This document shows positions 26,522 to 36,291 of a DNA stretch of 63,327 bases, piece by piece. The DNA is from a virus (Duplodnaviria; Caudoviricetes). The stretch is from the IMG/VR virus record IMGVR_UViG_3300025325_000020, positions 1-63,327 of that record; one strand, 5' to 3'. Position numbers and translations under genes: made by a program. Numbering within the stretch: position 1 is the first letter of the stretch; the number at the start of each line of letters is the position of its first letter. The notes under the pieces were generated by a model that worked only from the letters and a program-made list of their open reading frames with translations, ran no database searches and was not told the origin of the DNA.

Positions 26522-27396
26522 AAATAAAAATCTCCCGCATCGTACCCAACCCCCAGCAGCCGCGCAAACGTTTCGACGAAAGCGGGCTTGCCGAACTGGC
26601 CGCCTCCATGAAGGAGCACGGCCTGCTGCACAATATCGTCGTGGAGGAAGGCGCGGGTGCCTTTATCCTGATCGACGGCGAGCGGCGCTGGAGGGCGGCC
26701 AAACTGTTGGGATGGGCCGAGATCGAGTCCGTTGTGCGCCCGCCTTCCAACGGGTCCGGCCAGCTCGAGCGCACGGTCCTGGCGCTGGTCGCCAACCTCC
26801 AGCGCAAAGATCTGGACCCGGTAGAGGAGGCGCGTGCATACCAGGCCCTCACGGAGCTGGGACTATCCAACGCCGCCATCGCCCACCAGGTGGGAGTGAG
26901 CCTGCCGCGGGTCGCCAGCCGGCGCGCGCTCCTCGAGCTTCCGGAGGAGATCCAGGACCTGTGCGCGGCCGGCCTCTTGCCCATCGACCCGCGTGCCACG
27001 CGTGCGCTGATGAGCGTGCCTGCCGAGCACCGCGTCGCGCTTGCCCGCAAGCTGGCCCGCCCGGGCCTCAAGATCGTCTCGATCCAGAAAGCGGCCGAGA
27101 AGCTCGACGCGGCCCTCTCCGCCGGGCGGGTGAAGGACGAGCCGGCCCTGCATTTCGCCCACCGCCAGGCCGGGCGGCCCGACAAACCCAACTGGGACGC
27201 GCTGCACGAGCTGGGCAAGCTCCCGCCCTGGGCCGAAGTAACTACCGCCGCCCACGAGACCTGCGCAAGTTGCGCGCTCAGGGGTGAGGCAAGCCACGCC
27301 ATCTGCGGCCAGTGCCCGGCCGTGGCGCTCTTGGCCGGGCTGATCGAGGCCTCGCACGAGCCTGTAAAGGTAGGCCAAGGGAACGGCCATCGATGA
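26518..27396 (+). CDS. parB: ParB/Spo0J-family protein
   Basis: 'NPQQPRKRF', 'IDGERRWRA', 'NLQRKDL', HTH; C-terminal CxxC...CxxC. Confidence 0.9.
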   Translation: MKIKISRIVPNPQQPRKRFDESGLAELAASMKEHGLLHNIVVEEGAGAFILIDGERRWRAAKLLGWAEIESVVRPPSNGSGQLERTVLALVANLQRKDLDPVEEARAYQALTELGLSNAAIAHQVGVSLPRVASRRALLELPEEIQDLCAAGLLPIDPRATRALMSVPAEHRVALARKLARPGLKIVSIQKAAEKLDAALSAGRVKDEPALHFAHRQAGRPDKPNWDALHELGKLPPWAEVTTAAHETCASCALRGEASHAICGQCPAVALLAGLIEASHEPVKVGQGNGHR

Positions 27397-28184
27397 GTAT
27401 CGATGCCCTGCTCTCCCACATCGCCGAGACGGCCTGCGCCGCCCAGCGCCTGCGCTCCTGGACAGAATCGGAGTTGGACGCCGTGCGTGCCGGCCTGCCC
27501 ACCCTCGGCTACGCCGGGGTGGGGCAGCAGCTTGGCCGCACCACGGCCGCGGTCAAAATAATCCAGGTGCGCCGCCGCATCGCAGCCCCTTCGAAGCGGC
27601 CCGGCTTCTACACCGCTTGCCAGGCTGCCCGCATCCTGGGCGTGGATATCCACTGCCTGACGGAGCTCGAGCGGCGCGGGCTGATCCGCTTCGGCGTCCT
27701 GCCCGGACGCCGCGCCATCCGCCAGATCACCCGGTTGAGCCTGTGGGTGTGGGCGATCAACCCCCATCACTGGATCTACTTCAAGTCCGAGCGCGTGCGC
27801 GACCCGCGCCTCGCACGCCTGCTCGAGCTGAGGAAAGCGCGCTGGGGCGACGAATGGTGGACTACCGCCCAGGCAGCCGCCCATGTCGGCATTGCCACGA
27901 GCAACACCATCACGATGGCGATCCTGCGCGGCCGGCTGAGGGCTGTCCGGTGGGGCAACTGGCGCGTGCTGCGCTCGGACGCGCTGGCTTACCATTTCAC
28001 CCCCGGGCGGGGCAGCACGGGGCTGCGCTGGACGGCGCGGGCGGACGCCTTCCTGATCAAGGCGCGGGGCGAGGGCTTGCCCTGGGCGGTCATTGGGCGG
28101 ATGATGAAAATGCCCCCCGAGCGGCTGCGACTGCGCTACATGAAGCTTTGCAAAGACGCTTCCAGGAAGGGCAAAAATAGCTGA
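27393..28184 (+). CDS. Multi-HTH DNA-binding protein
   Basis: 'WTESE', 'YTACQAARILG', 'WTTAQAA..VG', 'WT...D' Myb/excisionase-like HTH units. Confidence 0.65.
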   Translation: MSIDALLSHIAETACAAQRLRSWTESELDAVRAGLPTLGYAGVGQQLGRTTAAVKIIQVRRRIAAPSKRPGFYTACQAARILGVDIHCLTELERRGLIRFGVLPGRRAIRQITRLSLWVWAINPHHWIYFKSERVRDPRLARLLELRKARWGDEWWTTAQAAAHVGIATSNTITMAILRGRLRAVRWGNWRVLRSDALAYHFTPGRGSTGLRWTARADAFLIKARGEGLPWAVIGRMMKMPPERLRLRYMKLCKDASRKGKNS

Positions 28185-28225
28185 TACGACATATTAGCGG
28201 AACTGCTTTCGAAAGGGTAAATGTA

Positions 28226-28672
28226 ATGGACACTGAAACGGTAACAAAATCAACTTATGCGGGAGCCGATTGGCTCGAAGCCCATTTGCAATACCTGAGA
28301 CCGGGCACTACCATTTCCGAATTCGGAAAGCGAGTTGCGGATCTCCTGGGGGAGTTATTTTACGGGATTTATCATCTGGATAATAGCACTCTCAAGCGCG
28401 CTGACTGGTCAAGCGAGACCTATATTGAGATATCGTTCCGTCCCAATGGCCTGAGTACCTACGATTACGATACTCTGTCTCGGTTGGTTTTCTTGGCTCA
28501 TCATTTGGCTATCCGGGTACAAGCCAACCCTTGTAATATGCAATATCTGGAATTGATGTTTCATCCGAGGAGCCGGGAGGGTGGGTATAGCCAACGCCAT
28601 CCTTTCCTGGATGAAGCGGTTGCAAATTTCCATAAGCAGGTAAAGCTGCCAGAGTTTGACGAGAGCATTTAA
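28226..28672 (+). CDS. Hypothetical phage protein
   Basis: 148-aa ORF with 'STYDYDTLSRLVFLAH...IRV'. Confidence 0.6.
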   Translation: MDTETVTKSTYAGADWLEAHLQYLRPGTTISEFGKRVADLLGELFYGIYHLDNSTLKRADWSSETYIEISFRPNGLSTYDYDTLSRLVFLAHHLAIRVQANPCNMQYLELMFHPRSREGGYSQRHPFLDEAVANFHKQVKLPEFDESI

Positions 28673-28689
28673 GTTTCAGAGGAATCACC

Positions 28690-28965
28690 ATGAAAGAAGC
28701 ATTCATCGAAAAAGGTTTTTCTCCTGCCAGTCTGGCTACTATCCAGATCGCCAATGGCATTCTGGACGAATACCGCGCTCAAAACTTCCGGCTATCCCTG
28801 CGTCAGCTCTATTACCAGCTCGTCGCGCGGGATCATATCCCCAATAACCAGCGGTCTTACAAGGATTTATGGGGCGACATGGCCGAGAGCGAGCGGCAGA
28901 TGCGCGCGGACCTCCTGGATTACGCTTATAAATATCGCTCGAACGGAAACGGGAAAGAAGAATGA
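28690..28965 (+). pseudogene. Probable internally deleted TOPRIM/topoisomerase-VI-like phage gene
   Basis: 'LSLRQLYYQLV..D.IPN..RSYK' N-terminus without the TOPRIM part I recall following it. Confidence 0.45.
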
Positions 28966-29834
28966 GAATCGGAAAAGTCACTACCGAAGTAGGCAGGCCC
29001 GTGCTGAGATACCACGGCGGAAAGTGGCGTCTTGCACCATGGATATTATCCTACTTCCCATCCCACCGGGTTTATGTCGAGCCTTACGCCGGTGCGGCTT
29101 CTGTGTTATTGCGAAAGCCGCGCTCATATGCCGAGGTATACAACGATCTGGACGGTGAGATCGTCAACTTATTCCGGATATTGCGCGATCCGGCCCAGGC
29201 GAGGGAACTGATCCGGCTGGTGCATCTCACGCCTTACGCCCGGGCGGAGTATGAATTGAGCTACATCACGGCGGGAGATCCCATCGAGCAAGCCCGTCGC
29301 ACGCTCTTGCGCTCCTTTGCCGGCTTCTCCAGTGTTGGAGCCACCGGCAAGTGGCGGACCGGTTTCCGGGCAAACGTTAACCATACATGGACCACGCCTG
29401 CCGGAGACTGGATTTCAGTGCCCGGGACGTTGGAGCAGGCAGTGGAGAGGCTGCGAGGAGTGGTTATCGAAAATGAGCCTGCAATCGATATCATCCACCG
29501 ATACGACGAAGAAAAGGCGTTGTTCTATGTCGATCCGCCCTATGTCCAAACGACCCGCTATATCCGTTGGGCAGGAGAGGCATACAAGTTTGAAATGACG
29601 GATGAGCAACATCGTGAGCTGGCCGATGTTTTGCAGTCTCTATCCGGATACGTGGTTTTGAGCGGGTATGCTTGCGATCTGTATCAAGAGTTGTACCCGG
29701 GCTGGCATAGAGTTGAAAAAGACGCCCATGCGGACGGAGCCAAGGATCGGGTTGAAGTTTTGTGGTTGTCCCCCCGGACCTGGAAAGCTCTCCAGGACGG
29801 AAATGGGCTGCCTCTCTTTGATGGCAGCCGATAA
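28962..29834 (+). CDS. Dam-like (D12 class) N6-adenine DNA methyltransferase
   Basis: 'RYHGGKW', 'YVEPYAGAA', 'YNDLD', 'YVDPPY'. Confidence 0.92.
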   Translation: MRIGKVTTEVGRPVLRYHGGKWRLAPWILSYFPSHRVYVEPYAGAASVLLRKPRSYAEVYNDLDGEIVNLFRILRDPAQARELIRLVHLTPYARAEYELSYITAGDPIEQARRTLLRSFAGFSSVGATGKWRTGFRANVNHTWTTPAGDWISVPGTLEQAVERLRGVVIENEPAIDIIHRYDEEKALFYVDPPYVQTTRYIRWAGEAYKFEMTDEQHRELADVLQSLSGYVVLSGYACDLYQELYPGWHRVEKDAHADGAKDRVEVLWLSPRTWKALQDGNGLPLFDGSR

Positions 29835-29855
29835 CGGCACTTATCGAAACTAAAC

Positions 29856-30266
29856 ATGAACCCATTCACCACCGATGCCCTGCGGGAAGCTCTCAAGCAC
29901 GATAAGAAATTGTTCTCCCGAAAATATGCCGAGATTCGCAATGCAGCCCTGTCTTATTATCATGAAGCATTGTGGGTCATCGGTCACCAGTTCTGGCTGC
30001 GGGCGGTGCTCCTTTTCTACCAGTTCCGCCCGGCCTGCGTTGGCTTGGACGGCCTGGAGGACGGCTACGTGGAATGCGACGAATGCAGCCAGCACCTGAC
30101 CGATTCCGTCCAGCACTTTCTCTACACGTGGTGGGTGGAAGAGCATCCGGAATATCGCTGGGATGATTTCGACGAAGGCGAGGCACGGGCGGTATTGGAG
30201 GCCACGCAGGCGGAGAAAGAAGCCGCGCGGCTGGCAAAGACGGATTATCAGATCGCGATGTTTTAG
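29856..30266 (+). CDS. Hypothetical protein
   Basis: ORF in operon. Confidence 0.5.
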   Translation: MNPFTTDALREALKHDKKLFSRKYAEIRNAALSYYHEALWVIGHQFWLRAVLLFYQFRPACVGLDGLEDGYVECDECSQHLTDSVQHFLYTWWVEEHPEYRWDDFDEGEARAVLEATQAEKEAARLAKTDYQIAMF

Positions 30267-30274
30267 GCCAAAAT

Positions 30275-30502
30275 ATGAAACCCGAATTGACCTATTTTCT
30301 CTACAACGAAATCCCCGGCGCGCACCATAGCTGGACCCTGGCAGTCCTGGCCGCGGGCCGGAGGGATGCCGACAAGTACATGAAGGCTGTAAATAAAGGC
30401 GGGCATTTCGTGTCGGAAATATCGACCCCCGGCGCAAAGGTCGAGGCATCTTGCGGCGCGGTTACCGCGCGGGCCGGGGAGATCCTGGCGAGAAAGCAAT
30501 GA
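30275..30502 (+). CDS. Hypothetical protein
   Basis: Coupled to the next gene. Confidence 0.5.
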   Translation: MKPELTYFLYNEIPGAHHSWTLAVLAAGRRDADKYMKAVNKGGHFVSEISTPGAKVEASCGAVTARAGEILARKQ

Positions 30503-31200
30503 TCGCTCTTACCCCTCTCGCCCGCGATGCCTTATCCATCGCCCAGGCGGTGGTCACCGAGCACCATTACCTTCGACGCCCGGTGGATCCCCGTTGCAGC
30601 GTGGAGGGCTACGAAATAGGTCTTACCAATTACGGCTTTGCGGGATACCTGATTTTTGGCCGTCCGGAGGCGACCCGCTGCCAGGACTGGTACGGCAGCG
30701 TGGAAGACGTCCAGGTGGGGCGCTGCTTAGTGACCCGTTGGCAGGTCCTTAACCTGGCGCGGGTCTGGATCGCTCCCGAGTTCCAGCCGGGCGGCGCGCA
30801 TTGGGAACATTGGGGCAAACACCGCGGTTATTACATTCCCGGCTTTACCGACCGCAAGGGCGTGTTTCGCTCCACCATAGCCAGCGACACGCTCAGGCTG
30901 GCTATCGGTCGCATCGGCTACGACTACCTCTTACATCGCCCCCCGGTATTCCTGGATCAGCCTTACGAAATCCGCTGGCTGCTCTCCTACTGCGATACCC
31001 GTTTGCATAAAGGCGTGATCTACCAGGCTGCCGGGTTCGAGCTGTACCGCACGAACGAAGCTGGGATCCAGACCTGGCGGATACCCTTGCCGGGCCTGAC
31101 TTTGGAGCAAGACGCGGCGGTGAGGGAGGCGTCGAGGATCGACCCGCGCGCCCAGGGCTACCGGGCGAAGCGGGCGCAATTGGGATTGCCGATTAGGTGA
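30499..31200 (+). CDS. Mom-like (GNAT-fold) DNA modification protein, copy 1
   Basis: 'HHYL', 'FGRP', 'LARVW', 'LSYCD..HKGVIYQAAGF'. Confidence 0.75.
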   Translation: MIALTPLARDALSIAQAVVTEHHYLRRPVDPRCSVEGYEIGLTNYGFAGYLIFGRPEATRCQDWYGSVEDVQVGRCLVTRWQVLNLARVWIAPEFQPGGAHWEHWGKHRGYYIPGFTDRKGVFRSTIASDTLRLAIGRIGYDYLLHRPPVFLDQPYEIRWLLSYCDTRLHKGVIYQAAGFELYRTNEAGIQTWRIPLPGLTLEQDAAVREASRIDPRAQGYRAKRAQLGLPIR

Positions 31201-31378
31201 ATATGTGCTACATATGCCTTGCCACATGACCAATCGAATAACGGGGCGTTTTGCTTTTTGTCCTGAGCCGTCGCTTTCCACGAATTGCATATTCGCGGGC
31301 GAAACGCCCTCCATTAGCGGACTCACGTCCCCTGGCTGGTCATGTGGCAATGACGGCGCTAATGGAGGGCGTTTTGAT

Positions 31379-31954
31379 ATGGCTAGAAAACAATCGGCAA
31401 GAGGGAAGACCGTGACAAGTCATGGTTATGTGCTTGTGTGGAAACCAGAACATCCAGGAGCAGATGTAAGAGGATATATCTACGAGCACCGCTTGGTTGG
31501 TGGTCGAATATTGGGGAGGCCACTTTTTTCAAGCGAGCAGGTTCACCACATTGATGGGGATAAGCAAAACAATAGCCCTGAAAACTTGATGGTGGTTTCG
31601 GGTGCAAAAGAACACCGGGTATTGCACCGGAAGAAACCCACCGGGCGGAGGATGCCCGGAGAAGACAACTCTGTGGTCTATTGTGCCTGTGGTTGTGGTC
31701 AAATGTTTAATAAATATGATTCGGGCGGTAGGCCAAGGAAGTTTATCAGTGGGCACAATCCACCGTCTTCTCCGACTAAGGATTTGATTGTAAGTATCCT
31801 TTCCAGTGGCCCAAAGCTAACATCTCAGCTAATAAAACTTCCGCAGGGAAAGCCCGCTATAGCTTCGGCTATCAGCAAGTTACACAGAAAGGGATTGATA
31901 AGGCAGGTTCGCCACGGGATATGGGAATTAGCTAAGGAGGAAAGAAATGGGTAA
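31379..31954 (+). CDS. HNH endonuclease with CxCGCG motif and winged helix
   Basis: 'YEHRLV...VHHIDGDKQNN..ENL', 'CACGCG'. Confidence 0.85.
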   Translation: MARKQSARGKTVTSHGYVLVWKPEHPGADVRGYIYEHRLVGGRILGRPLFSSEQVHHIDGDKQNNSPENLMVVSGAKEHRVLHRKKPTGRRMPGEDNSVVYCACGCGQMFNKYDSGGRPRKFISGHNPPSSPTKDLIVSILSSGPKLTSQLIKLPQGKPAIASAISKLHRKGLIRQVRHGIWELAKEERNG

Positions 31955-32921
31955 AACAACCGGAATCGAATGGACGGACGCCACATGGAACCCCTGGTAT
32001 GGTTGCCACAAGGTGAGTCAAGGATGTAAAAATTGTTTCATGTTTCGCGAGCAAAAGCAATATGGGCGAGATCCGAACATTGTCCAGCGATCCAAGACAA
32101 GGTTCGACGATCCCCTGAAATGGGAAAAGGAAATGACGGCAACGGGTGCACCTCCGGAAGGCGAGACGCGCCGGATATTTACCTGCTCGTGGTCCGATTT
32201 TTTCATCGAGGAGGCCGACCCCTGGCGCGCAGAAGCCTGGGAGATTATCCGGAAGACGCCTCATCTGACTTATCAGATCCTGACCAAACGCCCCGAGAAT
32301 ATCGGCACGCGCCTGCCGGATGGAATTCTACCCCGAAACGTCTGGCTGGGCGTCTCCGCCGAAGACCAGGCGAATGTCGATGCACGCATCCCGCTCTTGC
32401 TGCGCACGTCGGCCGCGGTGCACTTCGTGAGCGCCGAGCCGCTCCTGGGAGCGCTCGACATGCGGGAATACCTGACATGCGAGTGGTTTCTTGGCCCCGA
32501 GATCGAGCGGAGACGGGGCACGTTTTTACCCGATCCGAACATGCCGAAGCCCAGGGCGGCGCGCTTGCGCCCTGGATTGGACTGGGTTATCGTAGGCGGC
32601 GAATCCGGCCCCCATGCCCGCCCGATGCACCCGCTCTGGGCGCGCTCGCTGCGCGACCAATGTACGCAGGCCGGAGTAAAATTCTTTTTCAAGCAGTGGG
32701 GAGAATGGGCGCTGAAAGGCAGTGTCGATGGATCGTCATCCGACTTTGGCGTCCTTGCTCCAACCGGGGAATGGTATCACCAGCATACTGGCTGGAATGG
32801 CAGGCCGGTTGCCCCCGATACTGGCGAGGCCTATATGGTTAAGGTTGGCAAGAAGCGCGCCGGTAATTTGCTCGACGGTCTGGAATGGAAAGAGTTCCCG
32901 GAAACGGAGAAAATCCCATGA
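31947..32921 (+). CDS. DUF5131 (Gp37/Gp68-like) protein
   Basis: 'IEWTDATWNP..GCHKVSQGCKNC', 'LTKRP', 'DWVIVGGESG', 'FFFKQWG'. Confidence 0.9.
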   Translation: MGKTTGIEWTDATWNPWYGCHKVSQGCKNCFMFREQKQYGRDPNIVQRSKTRFDDPLKWEKEMTATGAPPEGETRRIFTCSWSDFFIEEADPWRAEAWEIIRKTPHLTYQILTKRPENIGTRLPDGILPRNVWLGVSAEDQANVDARIPLLLRTSAAVHFVSAEPLLGALDMREYLTCEWFLGPEIERRRGTFLPDPNMPKPRAARLRPGLDWVIVGGESGPHARPMHPLWARSLRDQCTQAGVKFFFKQWGEWALKGSVDGSSSDFGVLAPTGEWYHQHTGWNGRPVAPDTGEAYMVKVGKKRAGNLLDGLEWKEFPETEKIP

Positions 32922-33397
32922 AACAACTCTACGCCGAAGACCTGAATTACTGGCAGTCCAGCAAGTCCGACCCGGATAGTTGGATGGACCGCACGGCGAA
33001 ACTGATCGCCGGTTTTGGCGGCAAAGTGCTGGCCACCGCCTATGGCTCCGAGCCCTCCACCGGCCGCGCCGCCTACATGCTGGAATTCGTCACAGGCCCC
33101 GACCGCTTTAAAGTGATCTGGCCGGTGCTCAAATCCCGCTCCGGAAACGAGCGCGCTGCGCGTATCCAGGCGGCCACCATGCTTTACCACGACATCAAGG
33201 GCAGCCTGCTAAAACTTTCCGTGTTCGGGGCGAGGGCCGCCTTCGCGGCTTACCTGCTGCTCCCCGATGGGCGCACGGTTTCCCAGGCGACCAATGCCGA
33301 GCTGGTCCAGGCGCTTCCGGCGCTGTTTGCGCCGAAAAGCCAGAGATTGATCGGATCGGGAGAAGATGTTGTAGAAGGGGAGTGGGAGGAGCGATAA
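32918..33397 (+). CDS. Hypothetical phage protein
   Basis: ATGA coupling. Confidence 0.6.
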   Translation: MKQLYAEDLNYWQSSKSDPDSWMDRTAKLIAGFGGKVLATAYGSEPSTGRAAYMLEFVTGPDRFKVIWPVLKSRSGNERAARIQAATMLYHDIKGSLLKLSVFGARAAFAAYLLLPDGRTVSQATNAELVQALPALFAPKSQRLIGSGEDVVEGEWEER

Positions 33398-33882
33398 TGC
33401 GCGATACCGAAACTTTGCTCGAAGAATATTATTTCTACCGTGACGCCGACCTGGCAGCCGGATCGAGCGCGGCTACCTCCGGCTGGCTGGAGGGATTGAC
33501 CGGGGAAGAACGCGAGCTTGTTCGTGATTACACCTTGAGGGAGGTTGCCCTGGCCGTCCAGAAATACGGCGAGTCCGTTGCCCCCGTGCTCGGCCAGGCA
33601 TGGCAGGGCATCCAGGGAGCGCTGGCCTCCTTCGGCGAGCAAATTGTCACTGCCTTTTCCCAGGGCCTCGCCCCAACGGCGGAACGGTATCGCCATCTCC
33701 TGGCGGTGATAGAGTTCGTCTACGGCTTCCACCTGCGCGCCTACGCCAACCACCTCAATCACCACCGCCCGCGCGGTCGCAAGCTCTCCTGGCGGCGCTT
33801 GAGCCGCGCCCAGCGTGATGAGGCCTACGATTGGTGGGAGCGGCAGAAAGAGATCGGGAACGCAGTGTGGCCGGGGTGGTAG
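33397..33882 (+). CDS. Hypothetical protein
   Basis: GGAGG RBS; TAATG coupling. Confidence 0.6.
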   Translation: MRDTETLLEEYYFYRDADLAAGSSAATSGWLEGLTGEERELVRDYTLREVALAVQKYGESVAPVLGQAWQGIQGALASFGEQIVTAFSQGLAPTAERYRHLLAVIEFVYGFHLRAYANHLNHHRPRGRKLSWRRLSRAQRDEAYDWWERQKEIGNAVWPGW

Positions 33883-33883
33883 C

Positions 33884-34255
33884 ATGTACTCCTTCGTGAT
33901 TACAGGTCGGTTGAAGCCATATGTGAGAATGACGCGCCTGGGCCAGTACGTAGACGCCCAGGCTAAGGAATACAAGGCCTCCCAATCCGCCATTGCCTGG
34001 CAGTACAAGAAGCGCATGCTCGAATGTAGCTGGGCGATGCTGCCCGAGCGCACGCCTCTCTCCGCCCATATCCTGGTGGAAGCGCCGAAAAGGCTGCACG
34101 CTTCCGATCTGGACAACACCGTTAAAGCCGTCCTGGACGCGGCCCAGGGCGTGGTCTTCAAAAACGACCTGTGGGTAGATGAGATTCACGCCGGGAGGCG
34201 CCTGGGGATGGAATATAGAGCCTTGATTAGGATTGGAATCGCTCAGAACCAATAA
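33884..34255 (+). CDS. rusA: RusA-family Holliday junction resolvase
   Basis: 'SDLDNTVKAVLDA...V..ND'. Confidence 0.85.
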   Translation: MYSFVITGRLKPYVRMTRLGQYVDAQAKEYKASQSAIAWQYKKRMLECSWAMLPERTPLSAHILVEAPKRLHASDLDNTVKAVLDAAQGVVFKNDLWVDEIHAGRRLGMEYRALIRIGIAQNQ

Positions 34256-34282
34256 TCGCTGTTAGCAGCACTGGAGAATACA

Positions 34283-34666
34283 ATGCGATTCGTATTGATT
34301 GAAAACAATGAAGACTTCCCGAACGATGGCGAAACCTGCTGGTATTGGGACACAGATCGTCCAGTGGTCGGGAAACGTGAGAGAAAAGATGGATCTTGGA
34401 TTGCTGTACAATGCTATTGCAAAAAAGACCCTAACCAATTCAGGAAAATAGATAATTTGCGACTTCTTTTCACCGATCAAACCGAATATTATTGTGTTTG
34501 CCCAAATTGTTATGATGTTTATCGGCGTATGCAATGGTCGGGCAGCACACATGGTGGATCCGGTTGGCGGAGTAGAGCCGAGAATTATTTAGGCTTTCAC
34601 CAGAGAAAAAAGAATTGGTGTGAGTTTTGTGACCCCGTTTTTGGCAATGGTGGTTGGGCCGTTTAG
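34283..34666 (+). CDS. Cys-rich hypothetical protein (lower GC)
   Basis: GGAG RBS; several CxC/CxxC motifs. Confidence 0.5.
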   Translation: MRFVLIENNEDFPNDGETCWYWDTDRPVVGKRERKDGSWIAVQCYCKKDPNQFRKIDNLRLLFTDQTEYYCVCPNCYDVYRRMQWSGSTHGGSGWRSRAENYLGFHQRKKNWCEFCDPVFGNGGWAV

Positions 34667-34683
34667 AGCCGCTAAGGAATCTT

Positions 34684-35370
34684 ATGGGTACTATCTTGCT
34701 TGATCCACTCGACAAAACCGGTATTGCCTGGGCGCAAAAGACAGTGACAGAGTATCACTACCGTCACAGCCCGATGGATGTTCGCTGCTCCGTGGAGGGC
34801 TATGCTGTGCTCCTGGAGAATTACCGGGTAGGCCTGCTCTTATTCGGTAGGCCGGAGGCGACCCGCTGTTATCCCTGGTATGGGTCGGTGGAAGAAGCGG
34901 GTTCGGGATTGGTGGAGGTCACCCGCTGGCAAGTGCTCAATCTTGCGCGTGTCTGGCTGTCATCCGCCGTCCAGGTCGGGGGCAGCCTATGCACGCCTGA
35001 CCTGGTGCCAGGCTATTATGACCGCAAGGGCATCTGGCGCTCGACCCTGGCCAGCACCGTGATCGGGACGGCGGCTCAGCGGATCGGCTTCGATTACCTG
35101 GTGCGCCGCCCGCCGGTCTTCCTGGATGAGCCATATCAGATAGAGTGGCTGCTTAGCTATTGCGATCCCGCCTACCACAAAGGCACGATCTACCGGGAGT
35201 CTGGCTTTCAACTTTACAGGACCAACGCCGCCGGACTGATGACCTGGAGGATCCGGCTGCCAGAGCTCACCCAGGAGCAATTGGGGGAGATCAATTATCG
35301 GGCAAAGAAGAGCAAGCGGTCGCAGAGTTGCAGAGCGAAGCGGGCGCAAATTGGTTTACCCCTGGGGTGA
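34684..35370 (+). CDS. Mom-like DNA modification protein, copy 2
   Basis: Colinear paralog of 30499-31200. Confidence 0.75.
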   Translation: MGTILLDPLDKTGIAWAQKTVTEYHYRHSPMDVRCSVEGYAVLLENYRVGLLLFGRPEATRCYPWYGSVEEAGSGLVEVTRWQVLNLARVWLSSAVQVGGSLCTPDLVPGYYDRKGIWRSTLASTVIGTAAQRIGFDYLVRRPPVFLDEPYQIEWLLSYCDPAYHKGTIYRESGFQLYRTNAAGLMTWRIRLPELTQEQLGEINYRAKKSKRSQSCRAKRAQIGLPLG

Positions 35371-35375
35371 ATGAG

Positions 35376-35759
35376 ATGGATCGTGAAGAGGCATGGACCT
35401 ATGCAGTTGATTATGCAGTTCCGCCTGGCAGCTTACAGGAGAAAGCGATCCAACGGTTGCTGTCCCGAACGAACGGCAATATCACCGAAGCCCTAAAACT
35501 GATGACCAAGGTCAGCCTATGGAATGATGAGAAATCAGAATGGGAAGATTCGTTGGCCGTCGATCTGGGGAACGGTGGATGTACCGGCCCGAATTCCCCA
35601 CGCGTAAATAAAGGTTGGAATGCGGCAACCCACAATATTGAAGTCTGGTATCAGGGTGAGCATTTCTTTCGACCACCTGATTTTGAAATTGCATGGCGAG
35701 AAGTTTTCGAATATATCAAGTCCGGCCGGAAACGTGCCGTGCAAATAAGCATGTTTTAG
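35376..35759 (+). CDS. Hypothetical protein
   Basis: ORF in operon. Confidence 0.5.
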   Translation: MDREEAWTYAVDYAVPPGSLQEKAIQRLLSRTNGNITEALKLMTKVSLWNDEKSEWEDSLAVDLGNGGCTGPNSPRVNKGWNAATHNIEVWYQGEHFFRPPDFEIAWREVFEYIKSGRKRAVQISMF

Positions 35760-35809
35760 TTCCGATAACCTGGATTATATAACCAGCCCCAACCCCACAG
35801 GAGTCCCCA

Positions 35810-36196
35810 ATGCCCGGTCACGGGAGCCAATCCTGGAAACAGCCTCGCACGGTCCAATGCTGCGACTGCCCGGCCGTCTTCGAAACCCACGGCCTTAACA
35901 CCATCCGCTGCCCGGCCTGCCAGAAAGCGCACAAGCGCCTGATCTGGCGCAACTACAACAACGCCAAGCGCGACCGGGCCAAGGGGATGGACAAGGACAA
36001 AAATGTTTGCATGTCCTGCCCTCACCTGGCCCGCTGCCGGGCGTTGGTCAATACGCAGGCTCCCGTGATGTGCCAGAGAGGGGATCGCGAGCTGCTCAAA
36101 GCCAGCGAGATCATCGTCCTGGAGAGGCAGCCGGCGTATTTGCGGGAGAGGCTGTCCGATTTCCTGTTCGAGACCTTGCAAGAGAGTCGTTTGTAA
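35810..36196 (+). CDS. Zn-finger protein, possible late regulator
   Basis: AGGAG RBS; three Cys clusters; directly upstream of a late promoter. Confidence 0.55.
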   Translation: MPGHGSQSWKQPRTVQCCDCPAVFETHGLNTIRCPACQKAHKRLIWRNYNNAKRDRAKGMDKDKNVCMSCPHLARCRALVNTQAPVMCQRGDRELLKASEIIVLERQPAYLRERLSDFLFETLQESRL

Positions 36197-36270
36197 TTTA
36201 ACCGATTTTATGCTATGATATTTTCGACCCAATCGGAGCCGTTCAGCGAGCCCGCAACCGGCTCTTTTTT
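36191..36270 (+). promoter_or_regulatory. Late promoter followed by a leader terminator
   Basis: TTGTAA-17-TATGAT (extended TG); GAGCCG/CGGCTC-T6. Confidence 0.6.
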
Positions 36271-36291
36271 CGTTAACTACCTGGGTCTCCC

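Noticed and set aside
31201-31954. Group I intron containing the HNH gene
   Set aside because: Flanking genes look complete; no intron core seen; the HNH gene overlaps the next start
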